DNA of 64,000 nt from an uncultured Pseudomonadota bacterium (GTDB lineage Bacteria > Pseudomonadota > Alphaproteobacteria > RF32 > CAG-239): the NCBI GenBank assembly GCA_949295395.1, contig CASFLB010000002.1:423-64422 (forward strand). The letters are read 5' to 3'. This document shows, piece by piece, positions 1 to 11,772 of the stretch. The position numbers and the translations under genes were made by a program. Each line of letters opens with the position of its first letter. The first letter of the stretch is position 1. The notes under the pieces are model-generated. The model had not been told where the DNA came from, made no database searches, and saw nothing but the letters and a program-made list of their open reading frames with translations.

Positions 1-1943
1 GCCCGAACGACGGAAAAAGCAGTCTCAATAGATTCCTTCATCACATCACCGAGCTTACCGGTCTGAATAACCTTTCCTTTACCGGGCATATCCACCGCTT
101 CAATAAAGAGGATATCGCCGCCGACTTCAGTCCAAGCCAAACCGGTTGTCACACCGATATGGTCTTTTTCTTCGGCCTCGCCGTAACGATAACGAATAAC
201 CCCCAAATAATCGGTCAAATTCTTTGACGTCACTTCAAGCGCCTTTTTCTTAGCCGATTTTTTCTTATCTTTAGCCAAGATAATATCTTTAACGGCCTTA
301 CGGGCCACCTTTGAAAGTTCACGTTCAAGATTACGAACACCGGCTTCACGCGTATAATAGCGGATTATATCGCGGATAGCTGTATCTGTAATTTTGAGTT
401 CGCCTTTTTTCAGAGCATTTTCCTCAAAAATCTTAGGCACAAGATGTTGCTTAGCGATTTCGATTTTTTCTTCTTCGGTATAACCGGACAAGCGAATAAT
501 CTCCATACGATCAAGCAACGGCCGAGGCATATCCAACGAGTTTGCGGTTGTAAGAAACATCACATCCGACAAATCATAATCAACTTCCAAATAATGGTCA
601 TTGAAGGTAGAATTTTGCTCCGGATCAAGCACCTCAAGCAAAGCTGAACTCGGATCGCCGCGCCAGTCATTACCAAGCTTGTCTATCTCATCAAGCAAGA
701 ACAGTGGGTTTGATGTTCCGGCTTTTTTCATACCTTTAATAATTTTACCCGGCATAGACCCGATATAGGTTCGGCGATGTCCTCTAATTTCGGCTTCATC
801 ACGCATACCGCCCAAGGAGGCTCGCACAAACTTACGACCGGTTGCCTCGGCAATTGAGCGTCCCAAAGAGGTTTTACCAACCCCCGGAGGTCCAACCAAA
901 CACAAGATGGGCCCTTTAACCTTATCCGCACGAGACTGCACGGCCAAATATTCCAAAATGCGTTCCTTAACTTTTTCTAAGCCATAATGATCACGGTCCA
1001 AAATTTCTTTGGCTTTTTCCAAATCTTTATTGACTTTAGATGGGGCTTTCCAAGGAATATCCAGCAACCAATCCAAATAATTACGCACAACCGTTGCCTC
1101 ACTGGACATCACACTCATCGTTTTGAGTTTTTTAGCCTCGGCAACGGCTTTTTCTTTAGCTTCTTTTGAGAGTTTGACTTTCTCAATTTTTTTCATATAA
1201 GTGGCATATTCTTCTTGCTCATCATCACCGAGCTCTTTTTGAATAGCCTTCATTTGTTCGTTTAAGTAATATTCTTTTTGGCTTTTTTCCATCTGCTTTT
1301 TAACGCGTGACTTGATTTTATTTTCAACCTCAAGCACAGTCATTTCAGCATTCATAAAGCCCAAAATTTTTTCAAAACGTGTTTTAAGGGTTTGGGCTTC
1401 AAGCAGCTCTTGCTTTTCCGAAACTTTTAACGAAAGATGAGAAGCAATGGTATCAGCCAGCTTACTATAATCCTCAATCTGATTAATTGACACCAAAACC
1501 TCAGGGGGTGTTTTACGCGAAAGTTTCACATATTCCTCAAATTGAGAAACGACGGCACGAGCCAAAGCCTCCTGCTCCATAGACTTAACATCGGTCTCAG
1601 GCAAAAGATCAACTTTTGCTTCCATATAAGCGTCATTATCAACAAATTGACTGACTTTAACGCGCTGAATACCCTCAATCAACACCTTGAGTGTTCCATC
1701 GGGCAGTTTCAGCATTTGCAAAACCGATGCAAGCGTTCCGACATGATAAACATCATCATGGTTTGGATCCTCAACCGACGCATCTTTTTGGGTTAACAAG
1801 ATAATATGATCATCAGCGTCGACCACTTCTTGCAAGGCACGGATTGACTTACCTCTTCCGACAAACAACGGGACAATCATTTTAGGATAAACAACAATAT
1901 CTCGTAACGGAAGAACCGGATGAATTTCTTTTTTCGCAGCCAT
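1..1943 (-). CDS. lon: ATP-dependent Lon protease (N-terminal ~650 aa; C-terminus lies beyond window start)
   Basis: Minus-strand ORF running off the 5' edge. Start ATG at 1941-1943 gives MAAKKEIHPVLPLRDIVVYP (Lon N-domain). Walker A GPPGVGKTS is present. Not in the ORF track because it is truncated by the window. Confidence 0.9.
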   Translation of the reverse strand, partial: MAAKKEIHPVLPLRDIVVYPKMIVPLFVGRGKSIRALQEVVDADDHIILLTQKDASVEDPNHDDVYHVGTLASVLQMLKLPDGTLKVLIEGIQRVKVSQFVDNDAYMEAKVDLLPETDVKSMEQEALARAVVSQFEEYVKLSRKTPPEVLVSINQIEDYSKLADTIASHLSLKVSEKQELLEAQTLKTRFEKILGFMNAEMTVLEVENKIKSRVKKQMEKSQKEYYLNEQMKAIQKELGDDEQEEYATYMKKIEKVKLSKEAKEKAVAEAKKLKTMSVMSSEATVVRNYLDWLLDIPWKAPSKVNKDLEKAKEILDRDHYGLEKVKERILEYLAVQSRADKVKGPILCLVGPPGVGKTSLGRSIAEATGRKFVRASLGGMRDEAEIRGHRRTYIGSMPGKIIKGMKKAGTSNPLFLLDEIDKLGNDWRGDPSSALLEVLDPEQNSTFNDHYLEVDYDLSDVMFLTTANSLDMPRPLLDRMEIIRLSGYTEEEKIEIAKQHLVPKIFEENALKKGELKITDTAIRDIIRYYTREAGVRNLERELSKVARKAVKDIILAKDKKKSAKKKALEVTSKNLTDYLGVIRYRYGEAEEKDHIGVTTGLAWTEVGGDILFIEAVDMPGKGKVIQTGKLGDVMKESIETAFSVVR

Positions 1944-2081
1944 AACATCCTCTATAAAAAAGAACCACAATGATTATATAAGTTCACCGAACCAAAATAG
2001 CAAGGGAACGGATTACAGAATGGCACAGAAGACAGATTCGGGCAAACGCCAAAACCGTTTAATCCACAGTCAGAAAAAAGA

Positions 2082-2450
2082 TTATGATTTTTCAATAAAC
2101 ATCTGCATTTTAAACAAAGATTTTTGATACCGATCATACAAAGTGGAGCGATGATGCTTAAAGCGAATGGACAAGAGCTTCCACGACACACCGCAAGAGC
2201 GTTTCCACACAAGTTTTGTTTCAAAGGCATTCAAACAAGAATACCATCCCAAAATTTCTTCCATTCGCGCCACTTCTTCAGGCGTTGGACGATAATAAGA
2301 CACAGGTTTTTGCGCAGCAAGTTCTTCAGCCGTATAGATTAAGCGAGGCCAAAAGGCACGACATTTTTGAAGCCTCACGGGAGGCAAGCAACGCATGATA
2401 TAAGCGGCAAACTCCAAATTTCTTCTTAACACACCCAAGCTTTTATGCAT
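2082..2450 (-). CDS. hypothetical protein (122 aa), second gene of a two-gene minus-strand operon
   Basis: ORF-track ORF. Strong SD (GAGGGAG) 7-8 nt upstream of the ATG at 2450, which is 12 nt downstream of the preceding gene. No recognisable family. Confidence 0.5.
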   Translation of the reverse strand: MHKSLGVLRRNLEFAAYIMRCLPPVRLQKCRAFWPRLIYTAEELAAQKPVSYYRPTPEEVARMEEILGWYSCLNAFETKLVWKRSCGVSWKLLSIRFKHHRSTLYDRYQKSLFKMQMFIEKS

Positions 2451-2462
2451 AACAATTCTCCC

Positions 2463-2900
2463 TCAACCACAATTGATAACATTTGATTTTGAAATTTTAG
2501 CAACCATTTTATCAATCTGCCGAAGAACATTTTGTGGCAAATTTTTTTTAAGCACGGCGGAATAAAAATGAGGCGTTCGAAGAACTTTAACCGCTACAGC
2601 GATAAGAGCTTTTCTCTGCCAAAAACGATAATCAAAACCGGTCAAATCGCACCACCGACGAAAATCCCGATAAGCCGAACTCCCCTGATCAAAAAAGAAA
2701 CGATAAGCCGCCAGTCGGCTGTATTTAAGATACACATCGCCCTTAACTTTTTTCCACGGAAAAACATCCATAACCACATCAAGTGTCAAATCATCAATAA
2801 CACGTTCCAAAATAGCATGTACAAGATTTAAATACGGACAACTATAAACCATAAAATTTCGGTTGTCTTCATCATCCGGTCCTTTTTTCTTTCGAGCCAT
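2463..2900 (-). CDS. hypothetical protein (145 aa from the MARKKKGP start)
   Basis: ORF-track ORF 2463..2924. The internal ATG at 2900 has a GAGGTGG SD 8 nt upstream; the extra N-terminal 8 codons are just the RBS region. No recognisable family. Divergent from the CI-like repressor. Confidence 0.5.
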   Translation of the reverse strand: MARKKKGPDDEDNRNFMVYSCPYLNLVHAILERVIDDLTLDVVMDVFPWKKVKGDVYLKYSRLAAYRFFFDQGSSAYRDFRRWCDLTGFDYRFWQRKALIAVAVKVLRTPHFYSAVLKKNLPQNVLRQIDKMVAKISKSNVINCG

Positions 2901-3168
2901 AGCAAACCACCTCAAATAAATCAATAACGATTTAGTCCAAGTCCAAAGTCAAAAAAGTCCGTGATAGTCAAAAAAAAATTATCCGATAGCTCTTTAAATT
3001 TTAAAAAGAAGGCATAAATAAAAAGAATAAAAAATTCAGATAACGAATAAAGCATATTCCGACATAGAATTTAAGTCAATGCCGGACGGCAACTTATCCT
3101 CAAAAAATTATTATTTGACAAGAAGATACAAACTAAAATCAAAAAAAAATAACAATGAGAAAAAGAAG

Positions 3169-3771
3169 ATGAACAACATCCGAAGCCTAAGAGAAAAACA
3201 ACATATATCAGCGAAAGAACTTGGACGAGCCATAGGAAAATCGCAGCCCACCATCAGCAAATGGGAAAACGCCCCACAATTGCGCTATGAGCAGGCTAAA
3301 AAAATCGCTGATTATTTCAAGGTTTCAATTTATGAAGTGACTGGCCAAAAAAACGAAGAATATCTCCAAGATATTGCCCCAACCATGGTGGCATTAGACA
3401 TCCTGTTTTTTCAAAACGGAGAGAAAAAAATTATCGGAAAACAAATAATACCAACCAAAATTTTACAAGAATATACCCTCACCGCTCCTCATAACATCAA
3501 AATCATCCGCATCAACCAAGAAGCCATGAAACCCACAATCAATATTAATGACATGATTTGGATTGATACCTCATACAAATTTCCCAACAGCGATGGTATT
3601 TATCTCATAAATATCGGCAACACCCCCATGCTAAAAAGAATACAGATAAAACCATTCGAAAATTCCGCCATTATAAAATCAGACAATCCGCAAGACGAAA
3701 CATTTATCTACCCAAACTATCATCAATTATCTGTTTTAGGAAAAGTAATTTTTCACCTCCAAAAGCTCTAA
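3169..3771 (+). CDS. CI/LexA-like repressor: N-terminal XRE-family HTH plus C-terminal S24 peptidase-like domain with the Ser nucleophile replaced by Ala
   Basis: HTH segment ISAKELGRAIGKSQPTISKWEN. The C-terminal segment aligns by eye to lambda CI/LexA: QEAMKPTI versus GNSM/GDSM; ...PMLKRIQ versus FKKL/VKRL (Lys retained); SVLGKVI versus SVVGKVI. Likely start MNNIRSLREK at 3169; the ORF track begins at 3079. Confidence 0.7.
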   Translation: MNNIRSLREKQHISAKELGRAIGKSQPTISKWENAPQLRYEQAKKIADYFKVSIYEVTGQKNEEYLQDIAPTMVALDILFFQNGEKKIIGKQIIPTKILQEYTLTAPHNIKIIRINQEAMKPTININDMIWIDTSYKFPNSDGIYLINIGNTPMLKRIQIKPFENSAIIKSDNPQDETFIYPNYHQLSVLGKVIFHLQKL

Positions 3772-3852
3772 AGCTGTGGATAAGGGAATTGATTTTAATT
3801 CATCGAATTGATACGATTATTCGTTTTCTGAATATTTAAAAAGGACGCGAAT

Positions 3853-4161
3853 ATGAATAAGATTTCGACGGACTACTTTTCTTTTCCTGCCGTAAGCAGC
3901 CTAAAAAAAGCTTATAAAGAATACATAAATAAACGCAACCCTTATATTGAACATTTTAAAAGCGACGATGAAGATGTGATTGTCGATGAAGAACAAAACA
4001 TCATCATTCCGCTTAGTTATGACGACAAACAACGCGAAGCTGAGATGGAACTTTTATACGACAACGACGGCTGGTTTGACGAGTTGGTACACGACAGCCC
4101 ACTCCGAGAAGATGTGACCGAGGTAATCCGAACCATCCTAAAAGATTTTACATGCCACTAA
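3853..4161 (+). CDS. hypothetical acidic protein (102 aa)
   Basis: ORF with an AAGGA SD 9 nt upstream, followed by a hairpin terminator. No recognisable family. Confidence 0.45.
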   Translation: MNKISTDYFSFPAVSSLKKAYKEYINKRNPYIEHFKSDDEDVIVDEEQNIIIPLSYDDKQREAEMELLYDNDGWFDELVHDSPLREDVTEVIRTILKDFTCH

Positions 4162-4165
4162 AAAA

Positions 4166-4196
4166 AATCAGCTCTTTAATGAGCTGATTTTTTTAG
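4166..4196. terminator. bidirectional rho-independent terminator between ORF102 (+) and atpC (-)
   Basis: Inverted repeat AATCAGCTC / GAGCTGATT with a 6-nt loop, flanked by an A-run and a T-run. Confidence 0.5.
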
Positions 4197-4200
4197 TTCC

Positions 4201-4569
4201 TTACTTTGAGGAAAGAACAATCTCATCGATTATCATTTTATAATAATTTTTAATGTCATCGCTTTGAGCCTTTTCAAAACGGCTTTTTGCCTCATCAAAC
4301 GTCATTTCTTCATAGGCATGAACCACTTCTGAAGAAATAGAACACACATCTTGCGCAATATCGGCCACACCACCTTGAACAAAAAAGCGTTTAACAACAC
4401 GGTTATCAGCATCAAGAGCCTTCACCTGACCATTGCGTAATAAAAGATATGTCGGCGCCCTGTCAGGCAAGACCGTCAAATCACCGGCCGCTGCCGGAAC
4501 AATAATTTTCTCGGCCTTAACCTCTGAAAACTGCGACACCGGACGCATAATCTTTAACACAACACTCAT
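4201..4569 (-). CDS. atpC: F0F1 ATP synthase subunit epsilon
   Basis: 122-aa ORF at the 3' end of the atp operon. Length and position fit the epsilon subunit. Confidence 0.85.
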   Translation of the reverse strand: MSVVLKIMRPVSQFSEVKAEKIIVPAAAGDLTVLPDRAPTYLLLRNGQVKALDADNRVVKRFFVQGGVADIAQDVCSISSEVVHAYEEMTFDEAKSRFEKAQSDDIKNYYKMIIDEIVLSSK

Positions 4570-4647
4570 GAATCAAAACTCCTGAAAAGCCGACGCCTCC
4601 TAGTTTGAGATTTAATCTTTTTCCAAGAGGCTCCGACACAAACCCCA

Positions 4648-6228
<1,581 letters not shown>

Positions 6229-6247
6229 TTATAATAATTCAATAAAA

Positions 6248-7168
6248 CTAAATCGCCTCGGCACCGGAAATAATCTCGGTCAATTCGGTAGTAATCGCCG
6301 ATTGACGAATACCATTATAGCGAAGCGTTAATTTTGAAATCATATCCGTCGCATTGCGAGTTGCATTATCCATCGAAGCCATACGCGCGCCCTGCTCTGA
6401 AGCCTGTGCCTGAACAAAAGTATTGAACATTTGCGCTTTAACCATCATGATTAACAGCCCGTCAAGTAAAACTTCTTTTTCAGGTTCATAATCATAGAAA
6501 GCGTCACCGGCCATATTAATTGGCATCGTTTGTTCATCGCTTACAACTTCAGGAAAAGAGGCCGGCAAAAACGGACGAGATTTTGTTTCGCGACTAATTG
6601 CGGAGATAAAAGAGCTGCTGACGATTTCAATTTTATCATACTCTCCGGCCTCAAAAGCTTTAAGGATAGGATGTAAAATCTCAACCGTTTCATCAAAATC
6701 AGCACCTTTGCGAGCAATTCCTTCATAAGATTGCACGATAAGTTCAGCATAACGACTTTTAAGAATATCGCGAGCTTTTTTACCAATACAAATAAGCTTA
6801 ACAGATTTTCCTTCGGCTTCAAGCTCTTTGATACGTTGACTAGCTGCCCGAGCAACATGAGCATTATAGCTGCCGCATAAACCTTTGTCAGAAGAAATAA
6901 CAATTAACAGATAGTTTTTATCGGCACCTGTTCCGGTTAACAAAGCCGGAACAGCAAAAGAAATTCCTTTTGTTTGTTCTTCTTGCTTCAAATCAAAGGC
7001 AACGCGCTGCGCGCCACGAAGCAAAGATTCGTAGTACGCAGAGCTTTTACCGATAAGACCTTGGGCACGACGCAATCCGGCGGCCGCTACCATCTTCATG
7101 GCTGAAGTAATTTTTTTGGTAGACTTAATCGCCTCAATGCGCGTCCTTAATTCTTTCAAGCCGGCCAT
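6248..7168 (-). CDS. atpG: F0F1 ATP synthase subunit gamma
   Basis: 306-aa ORF between atpA and atpD. N-terminal MAGLKELRTRIEAIKSTKKITSAMKMVAA is typical of the gamma subunit. Confidence 0.9.
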   Translation of the reverse strand: MAGLKELRTRIEAIKSTKKITSAMKMVAAAGLRRAQGLIGKSSAYYESLLRGAQRVAFDLKQEEQTKGISFAVPALLTGTGADKNYLLIVISSDKGLCGSYNAHVARAASQRIKELEAEGKSVKLICIGKKARDILKSRYAELIVQSYEGIARKGADFDETVEILHPILKAFEAGEYDKIEIVSSSFISAISRETKSRPFLPASFPEVVSDEQTMPINMAGDAFYDYEPEKEVLLDGLLIMMVKAQMFNTFVQAQASEQGARMASMDNATRNATDMISKLTLRYNGIRQSAITTELTEIISGAEAI

Positions 7169-7177
7169 GATTATTCC

Positions 7178-8728
7178 TTACGCTGCTTGTTCTTGGTTAG
7201 CAAATTCCTGAGTAAACTTTTCAAAGAAAGCGGTCAGCTTCTTATCAAGCTCATCAGAAATAACCTTGGTGTTGCGAATTTCTTCCAAAAACTCCGGATA
7301 GTTTGCTTTAACATCAGCCAAAGCCTGAGCTTCAAAAGCTTTAACATCAGCCACAGCTATCGAATCAAGGAAGCCGCGCACACCGGCAAAAATCGAAATG
7401 ACCTGATCTTCCACACTCATCGGATGATAAACCGGCTGTTTCAACAATTCAGTCAAACGCTCACCACGAGCCAAGAGCTGTTTTGTTGCCGGATCCAAAT
7501 CGGAAGCAAACTGAGCAAAGGCCGCCATTTCACGATATTGAGCCAAGTCAAGTTTGATTTTACCGGCCACCTGCTTCATGGCTTTAATCTGAGCGGCAGA
7601 ACCAACACGGCTAACAGAAATACCAACATTAACCGCCGGACGCACACCTTGATAAAACAGCGAGCTCTCCAAAAAGATTTGACCATCCGTAATTGAAATA
7701 ACGTTTGTCGGAATATAGGCCGAAACGTCACCGGCTTGGGTTTCAATAACCGGCAAAGCGGTCAAAGAACCAGCCCCGAGTTCGTCACTCATCTTAGCGG
7801 CACGTTCCAACAAACGAGAGTGCAGATAGAACACATCTCCCGGATAAGCCTCACGCCCTGGCGGACGACGAAGAAGCAAAGACATCTGACGATAAGCCGT
7901 CGCTTGCTTCGATAAGTCATCATAAAAGATGGTTGCATGCATTCCGTTATCGCGGAAATACTCACCCATTGCACAACCTGAATAAGGAGCAATATACTGC
8001 ATCGGTGCCGGATCAGAAGCCGTAGCGGCCACCACAATGGTATAATCCATGGCGCCATAATCTTTCAAGGTTTGAACAACGCGAGCCACGGTTGAGCGTT
8101 TTTGCCCAACGGCAACATAGATGCAATACATTTTATCTTTTTCAGACTTTGCGGCATCATTAATTTTTTTCTGATTAATAATGGTGTCTACGATAATAGA
8201 GGTTTTACCTGTCTGACGGTCACCGATGATTAATTCACGTTGTCCCCTTCCGATAGGAATAAGAGAGTCAACGATTTTCAAACCGGTCTGAACAGGTTCA
8301 TGAACACTACGGCGAGCAACAATACCCGGAGCTTTAATTTCAGAGTTGCTATACTCTTTGGCTTTAATGGCACCTTTGCCGTCTATGGGCTCACCCAAAG
8401 CATCGACCACACGCCCCAAGAGCTCTTTTCCAACCGGAACGCTCACGATTTTATCGGTACGTCTGACCGTATCGCCCTCTTTAATATCCTCATCGGAACC
8501 AAAGATAACAACACCGACATTATCCTCTTCCAAGTTAAGAGCCATACCTTTGACGCCGGATTCAAATTCAACCAATTCATTTGCCTGAACTTTATCCAAA
8601 CCATAGACATGGGCAATTCCGTCACCAACGGACAAAACCTTACCAACCTCAGCCACGTCAAGCGTCACTTTGGCATTAGTGATTCTATCCTTAATGATGG
8701 AAGAAATTTCGCTGGCAACTACAGACAT
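7178..8728 (-). CDS. atpA: F0F1 ATP synthase subunit alpha
   Basis: Walker [10 protein letters not shown]. Full-length alpha-subunit conservation. Confidence 0.95.
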   Translation of the reverse strand: MSVVASEISSIIKDRITNAKVTLDVAEVGKVLSVGDGIAHVYGLDKVQANELVEFESGVKGMALNLEEDNVGVVIFGSDEDIKEGDTVRRTDKIVSVPVGKELLGRVVDALGEPIDGKGAIKAKEYSNSEIKAPGIVARRSVHEPVQTGLKIVDSLIPIGRGQRELIIGDRQTGKTSIIVDTIINQKKINDAAKSEKDKMYCIYVAVGQKRSTVARVVQTLKDYGAMDYTIVVAATASDPAPMQYIAPYSGCAMGEYFRDNGMHATIFYDDLSKQATAYRQMSLLLRRPPGREAYPGDVFYLHSRLLERAAKMSDELGAGSLTALPVIETQAGDVSAYIPTNVISITDGQIFLESSLFYQGVRPAVNVGISVSRVGSAAQIKAMKQVAGKIKLDLAQYREMAAFAQFASDLDPATKQLLARGERLTELLKQPVYHPMSVEDQVISIFAGVRGFLDSIAVADVKAFEAQALADVKANYPEFLEEIRNTKVISDELDKKLTAFFEKFTQEFANQEQAA

Positions 8729-9288
8729 TATTGTCCACCTTTCATTATTGATTCCAAACGATTTAATTTTCCTTTGAGTGAATCATCAATCATATCTGAG
8801 CCGAAAGATACGGTCAGGCCGCCCAAAATTTCGGGCTTAATGACATAATTCACCAGGACATCTTTTTTAAGAAAAGCCTTAAGATTATCTTGAAGAGCTT
8901 TATCCTGAGCGACAGAAAGCTCTTTCACGGTTTCAACCGAAACTTCAACAATATTATGCTTTTGCAAATATAAATGACGATAAGCTTTCAAAATGAGTTC
9001 AAACTCAGAAAAACGATTATTTTCAGCCATAACATTAAGGCAACGCAATGTTTCGGGAGCAAGTTTCAGTTTTTCAGCGACCTCTTTTAGAGCTGCTTTT
9101 TTATCATTAATCTCCCACAAAGGATTCGCGAGCATAACGATGGCCTGACGATATCCCGAAGCCTGATCCAGCAACAAATCAATGTCGCGAATAACGGCCT
9201 TTGCATCACCATCTTGCAAAGCTCCCTGGAAAAGAGCTTTGGCATAAGTTGTAGCAATTTTAATTTTAGATTCTTTTTTCACGAGCAA
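8728..9288 (-). CDS. atpH: F0F1 ATP synthase subunit delta (OSCP)
   Basis: 186-aa ORF directly upstream of atpA with a start/stop overlap. OSCP-like sequence. Confidence 0.85.
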   Translation of the reverse strand: MLVKKESKIKIATTYAKALFQGALQDGDAKAVIRDIDLLLDQASGYRQAIVMLANPLWEINDKKAALKEVAEKLKLAPETLRCLNVMAENNRFSEFELILKAYRHLYLQKHNIVEVSVETVKELSVAQDKALQDNLKAFLKKDVLVNYVIKPEILGGLTVSFGSDMIDDSLKGKLNRLESIMKGGQ

Positions 9289-9465
9289 ACTCTGAATACT
9301 GATTAGGTTAAATCTGCCAAAGACTATAACCTGAAATTATTTCTATTTTATTAAGATTCATAAAATCGAAAATCGAAATTTCAACTCACGCACAAGAAAA
9401 CAATAAGTTTCAATAAAAATCATACAATTAGATTAAAAAGAAAAGAATAAGATTTAACTTTTATA

Positions 9466-11659
9466 TTACATAAAGGAGTAAGGATCAATATCCACCTCAA
9501 CACGCACCCGAGGAGAATGAGGCACGCGCGAAAGCCATGTCCGAATAACTTCTTGGATATTAATAGTTCGCGCGGTTTTGAGCAGCAAGCGAAAACGATA
9601 TTTTCCGCGCAGCATAAAGATTGGCGCCGGAGCCGGACCAAGCGTGGTAATCATATCGGTATTTGGGGCACATTTTCCAAGAGAAACGGCTGTTTTTTCA
9701 ACCATATCCTGATTATCTCCGGAAACAATCAGCGCCGCTAATTTTCCAAAAGGCGGCAACTTAAGCAACCGCCGGCTCTGCTTTTCAAGCTCAATAAAAG
9801 AAGAACGATTGTTGTCTAATAAGGCTTTCAAGACCGCATTTTCAGGATAAAGCGTTTGCAAATAGACCACACCTTTTTTAGCACCGCGACCGGCACGACC
9901 AGAAACCTGAGAAAGCAGCTGATAAGTCCGCTCTGAGGCGCGCAAGTCACTTCCCATCAACCCCAAATCCGCATCAACGATTCCCACCACGGTCAAACTC
10001 GGAAAATTATGCCCTTTGGCTAGAATTTGCGTTCCGATAAGAATGTCAATTTCATGATTTTCCATCTTGCGAATAACTTCCGAAACCTCGGAAAGAGTTG
10101 AGGTAATATCGCTGGACAAGATACCGATTCGCGCCATTGGAAAACGCTTTGAAACTTCTTCAGCAACCCGCTCCACCCCAGGGCCGCAAGCGGTAAGCCC
10201 CTCTTCAGAGCCGCAAGACGGACAACGAGAAGGAATTGATGTTGTATAACCACAATGGTGACAAATCAACGACTTTGTTTTGCGATGCTCGGTCAACCAA
10301 GAAGTACAGTTCGGACATTGGATTCGGTGCCCGCAATCACGACAGATTGTTAAAGGTGCATACCCGCGCCGATTCAAAAAGAGCATAGACTGCCCGCCGA
10401 TTTCAAGATTATCGGCCAAGGCTTTAACCAAAGTCGGTGATAACCATGCCACCGACATTTGCCCTTTATCATTCGGAAATTTTTGCGGCTTATCTTTTTT
10501 AAGATCGATAATTTTTACGGTCGGCAAAACCGCTTCGGCAAAACGAGAGGTCAATTTAACGCTGTCATATTTTCCCGATTCGACATTACAAATTGTTTCC
10601 AAATCCGGCGTCGCGGTCGATAAAATCAGTGGAATTTGCTCCATCTTGGCACGCACGACCGCCATATCGCGCCCTTGATAATTGACCACATCTTCTTGCT
10701 TGAACGACGCATCATGACTTTCATCAATAACAATCAAGCCCAAATCGGCATAAGGCAAAAACAAAGACGAGCGCGCTCCGACCACAACCTTAGCCCGATT
10801 CTCAATAATTCCTTTCCATGTATCGATTCTCTCGCGTGTACCTAAGGCCGAATGCCAGCAAGCCGGCTTAACGCCAAACCGCTTTTCACTTTTCAAAACG
10901 ACCAAGCCATTGCGTGGTTAAAGAGATTTCAGGCACCATGATTAAAACCTGCTTACCTTGCGCCAAGGCATCGGCCACGGCTGCAAAGTAAACCTCGGTC
11001 TTACCCGAACCGGTCACCCCGTCAAGCAAAGTCACCGAAAACCCCTGCCCGACTTTTGAACAAAGCAAATCAGCCGCATCTTGCTGCTCAGATGTCAAAT
11101 TCACTTTTGAAAAATCAGGATTCGGAGTACCAAAATCACGTTTCAGAGCCACCACCTCCGGCACCAACACACCGGCATCAATCATGGTTTTAATCACCAT
11201 TTGCCCAACACCGGCACCTTTGGCAATTTCTGCACGCGTGTAAGGATAATGCCGCAACAAATCCATCACTCTCCAGCGCGCATCAGAGTTTTTAAGCTTC
11301 GCCTCGGCTAAAGTTTTGCCCGAAAGTTTGTAAAGCGTCGTTGTTTTATCATCATCAAACACGGCTTTAACACTCAGCACCATTTTTAGCACCAAGCCCA
11401 AATAAGCCATATTATAGTTTGCCACAAAGGCCACAAACGTCATCAACGCGGCAGACAAAGGCGGCATATCAATTTTTGAGATAATCGGCTTAATTTTAGC
11501 CAGCGGCAAATCCGAATTTTTTCCAAGCTTCCAGACCACACCGACCAAAACTTCACGCCCAAACGACACACGAACCATCTCGCCGAGAGCCACATCGCCC
11601 TCGACTTGATAGTCAAACACATCATTAAACGGCAGCGGAAGCAAAACGCCGACAATCAT
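9466..11659 (-). pseudogene. priA: primosomal protein N' (PriA) split into two overlapping ORFs by a 7-bp tandem duplication
   Basis: ORF 10886..11737 has the PriA N-terminus (LLPLPFNDVFDYQVEGD, Walker A GVTGSGKTEVY) and ends ...QWLGRFEK*. ORF 9466..10905, in another frame, continues KRFGVKPACWHS..., then the Cys4 zinc region CRDCGH..CPNC..CHHCG..CPSCG. Sequence at about 10885-10905 (minus strand) reads cgt ttt GAAAAGTGAAAAG cgg; the intact reading RFEKRFG needs only one TGAAAAG copy. Confidence 0.75.
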
Positions 11660-11772
11660 GAAAAACCTCGCAAAAAAATTTATCAAAGTATAAAACAAAA
11701 GAAGCAAAGAACCAAGCGTAATCTCACTTTTCCGCAAACACTTTTTTAACCAAAACGAGATAGAATAAACTT

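Noticed and set aside
1952-2398. Cluster of short overlapping ORFs (1952..2230-, 2124..2342+, 2216..2398+) at the lon start and hypothetical-gene junction.
   Set aside because: They overlap the better-supported 122-aa minus-strand gene and the lon upstream region. No SD or family signal, so likely spurious.
9289-9465. AAATCGA-AAATCGA tandem and AT-rich tract between atpH and priA; checked for CRISPR or other arrays.
   Set aside because: Only two short units and no spacer-repeat periodicity. No CRISPR-like array anywhere in the window.
10886-10905. Considered programmed ribosomal frameshifting as the explanation for the priA split.
   Set aside because: No slippery heptamer or stimulatory structure. 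The lesion is a clean 7-bp tandem duplication, which would require a +2/-1 shift across a stop. Disruption or assembly error is more parsimonious.
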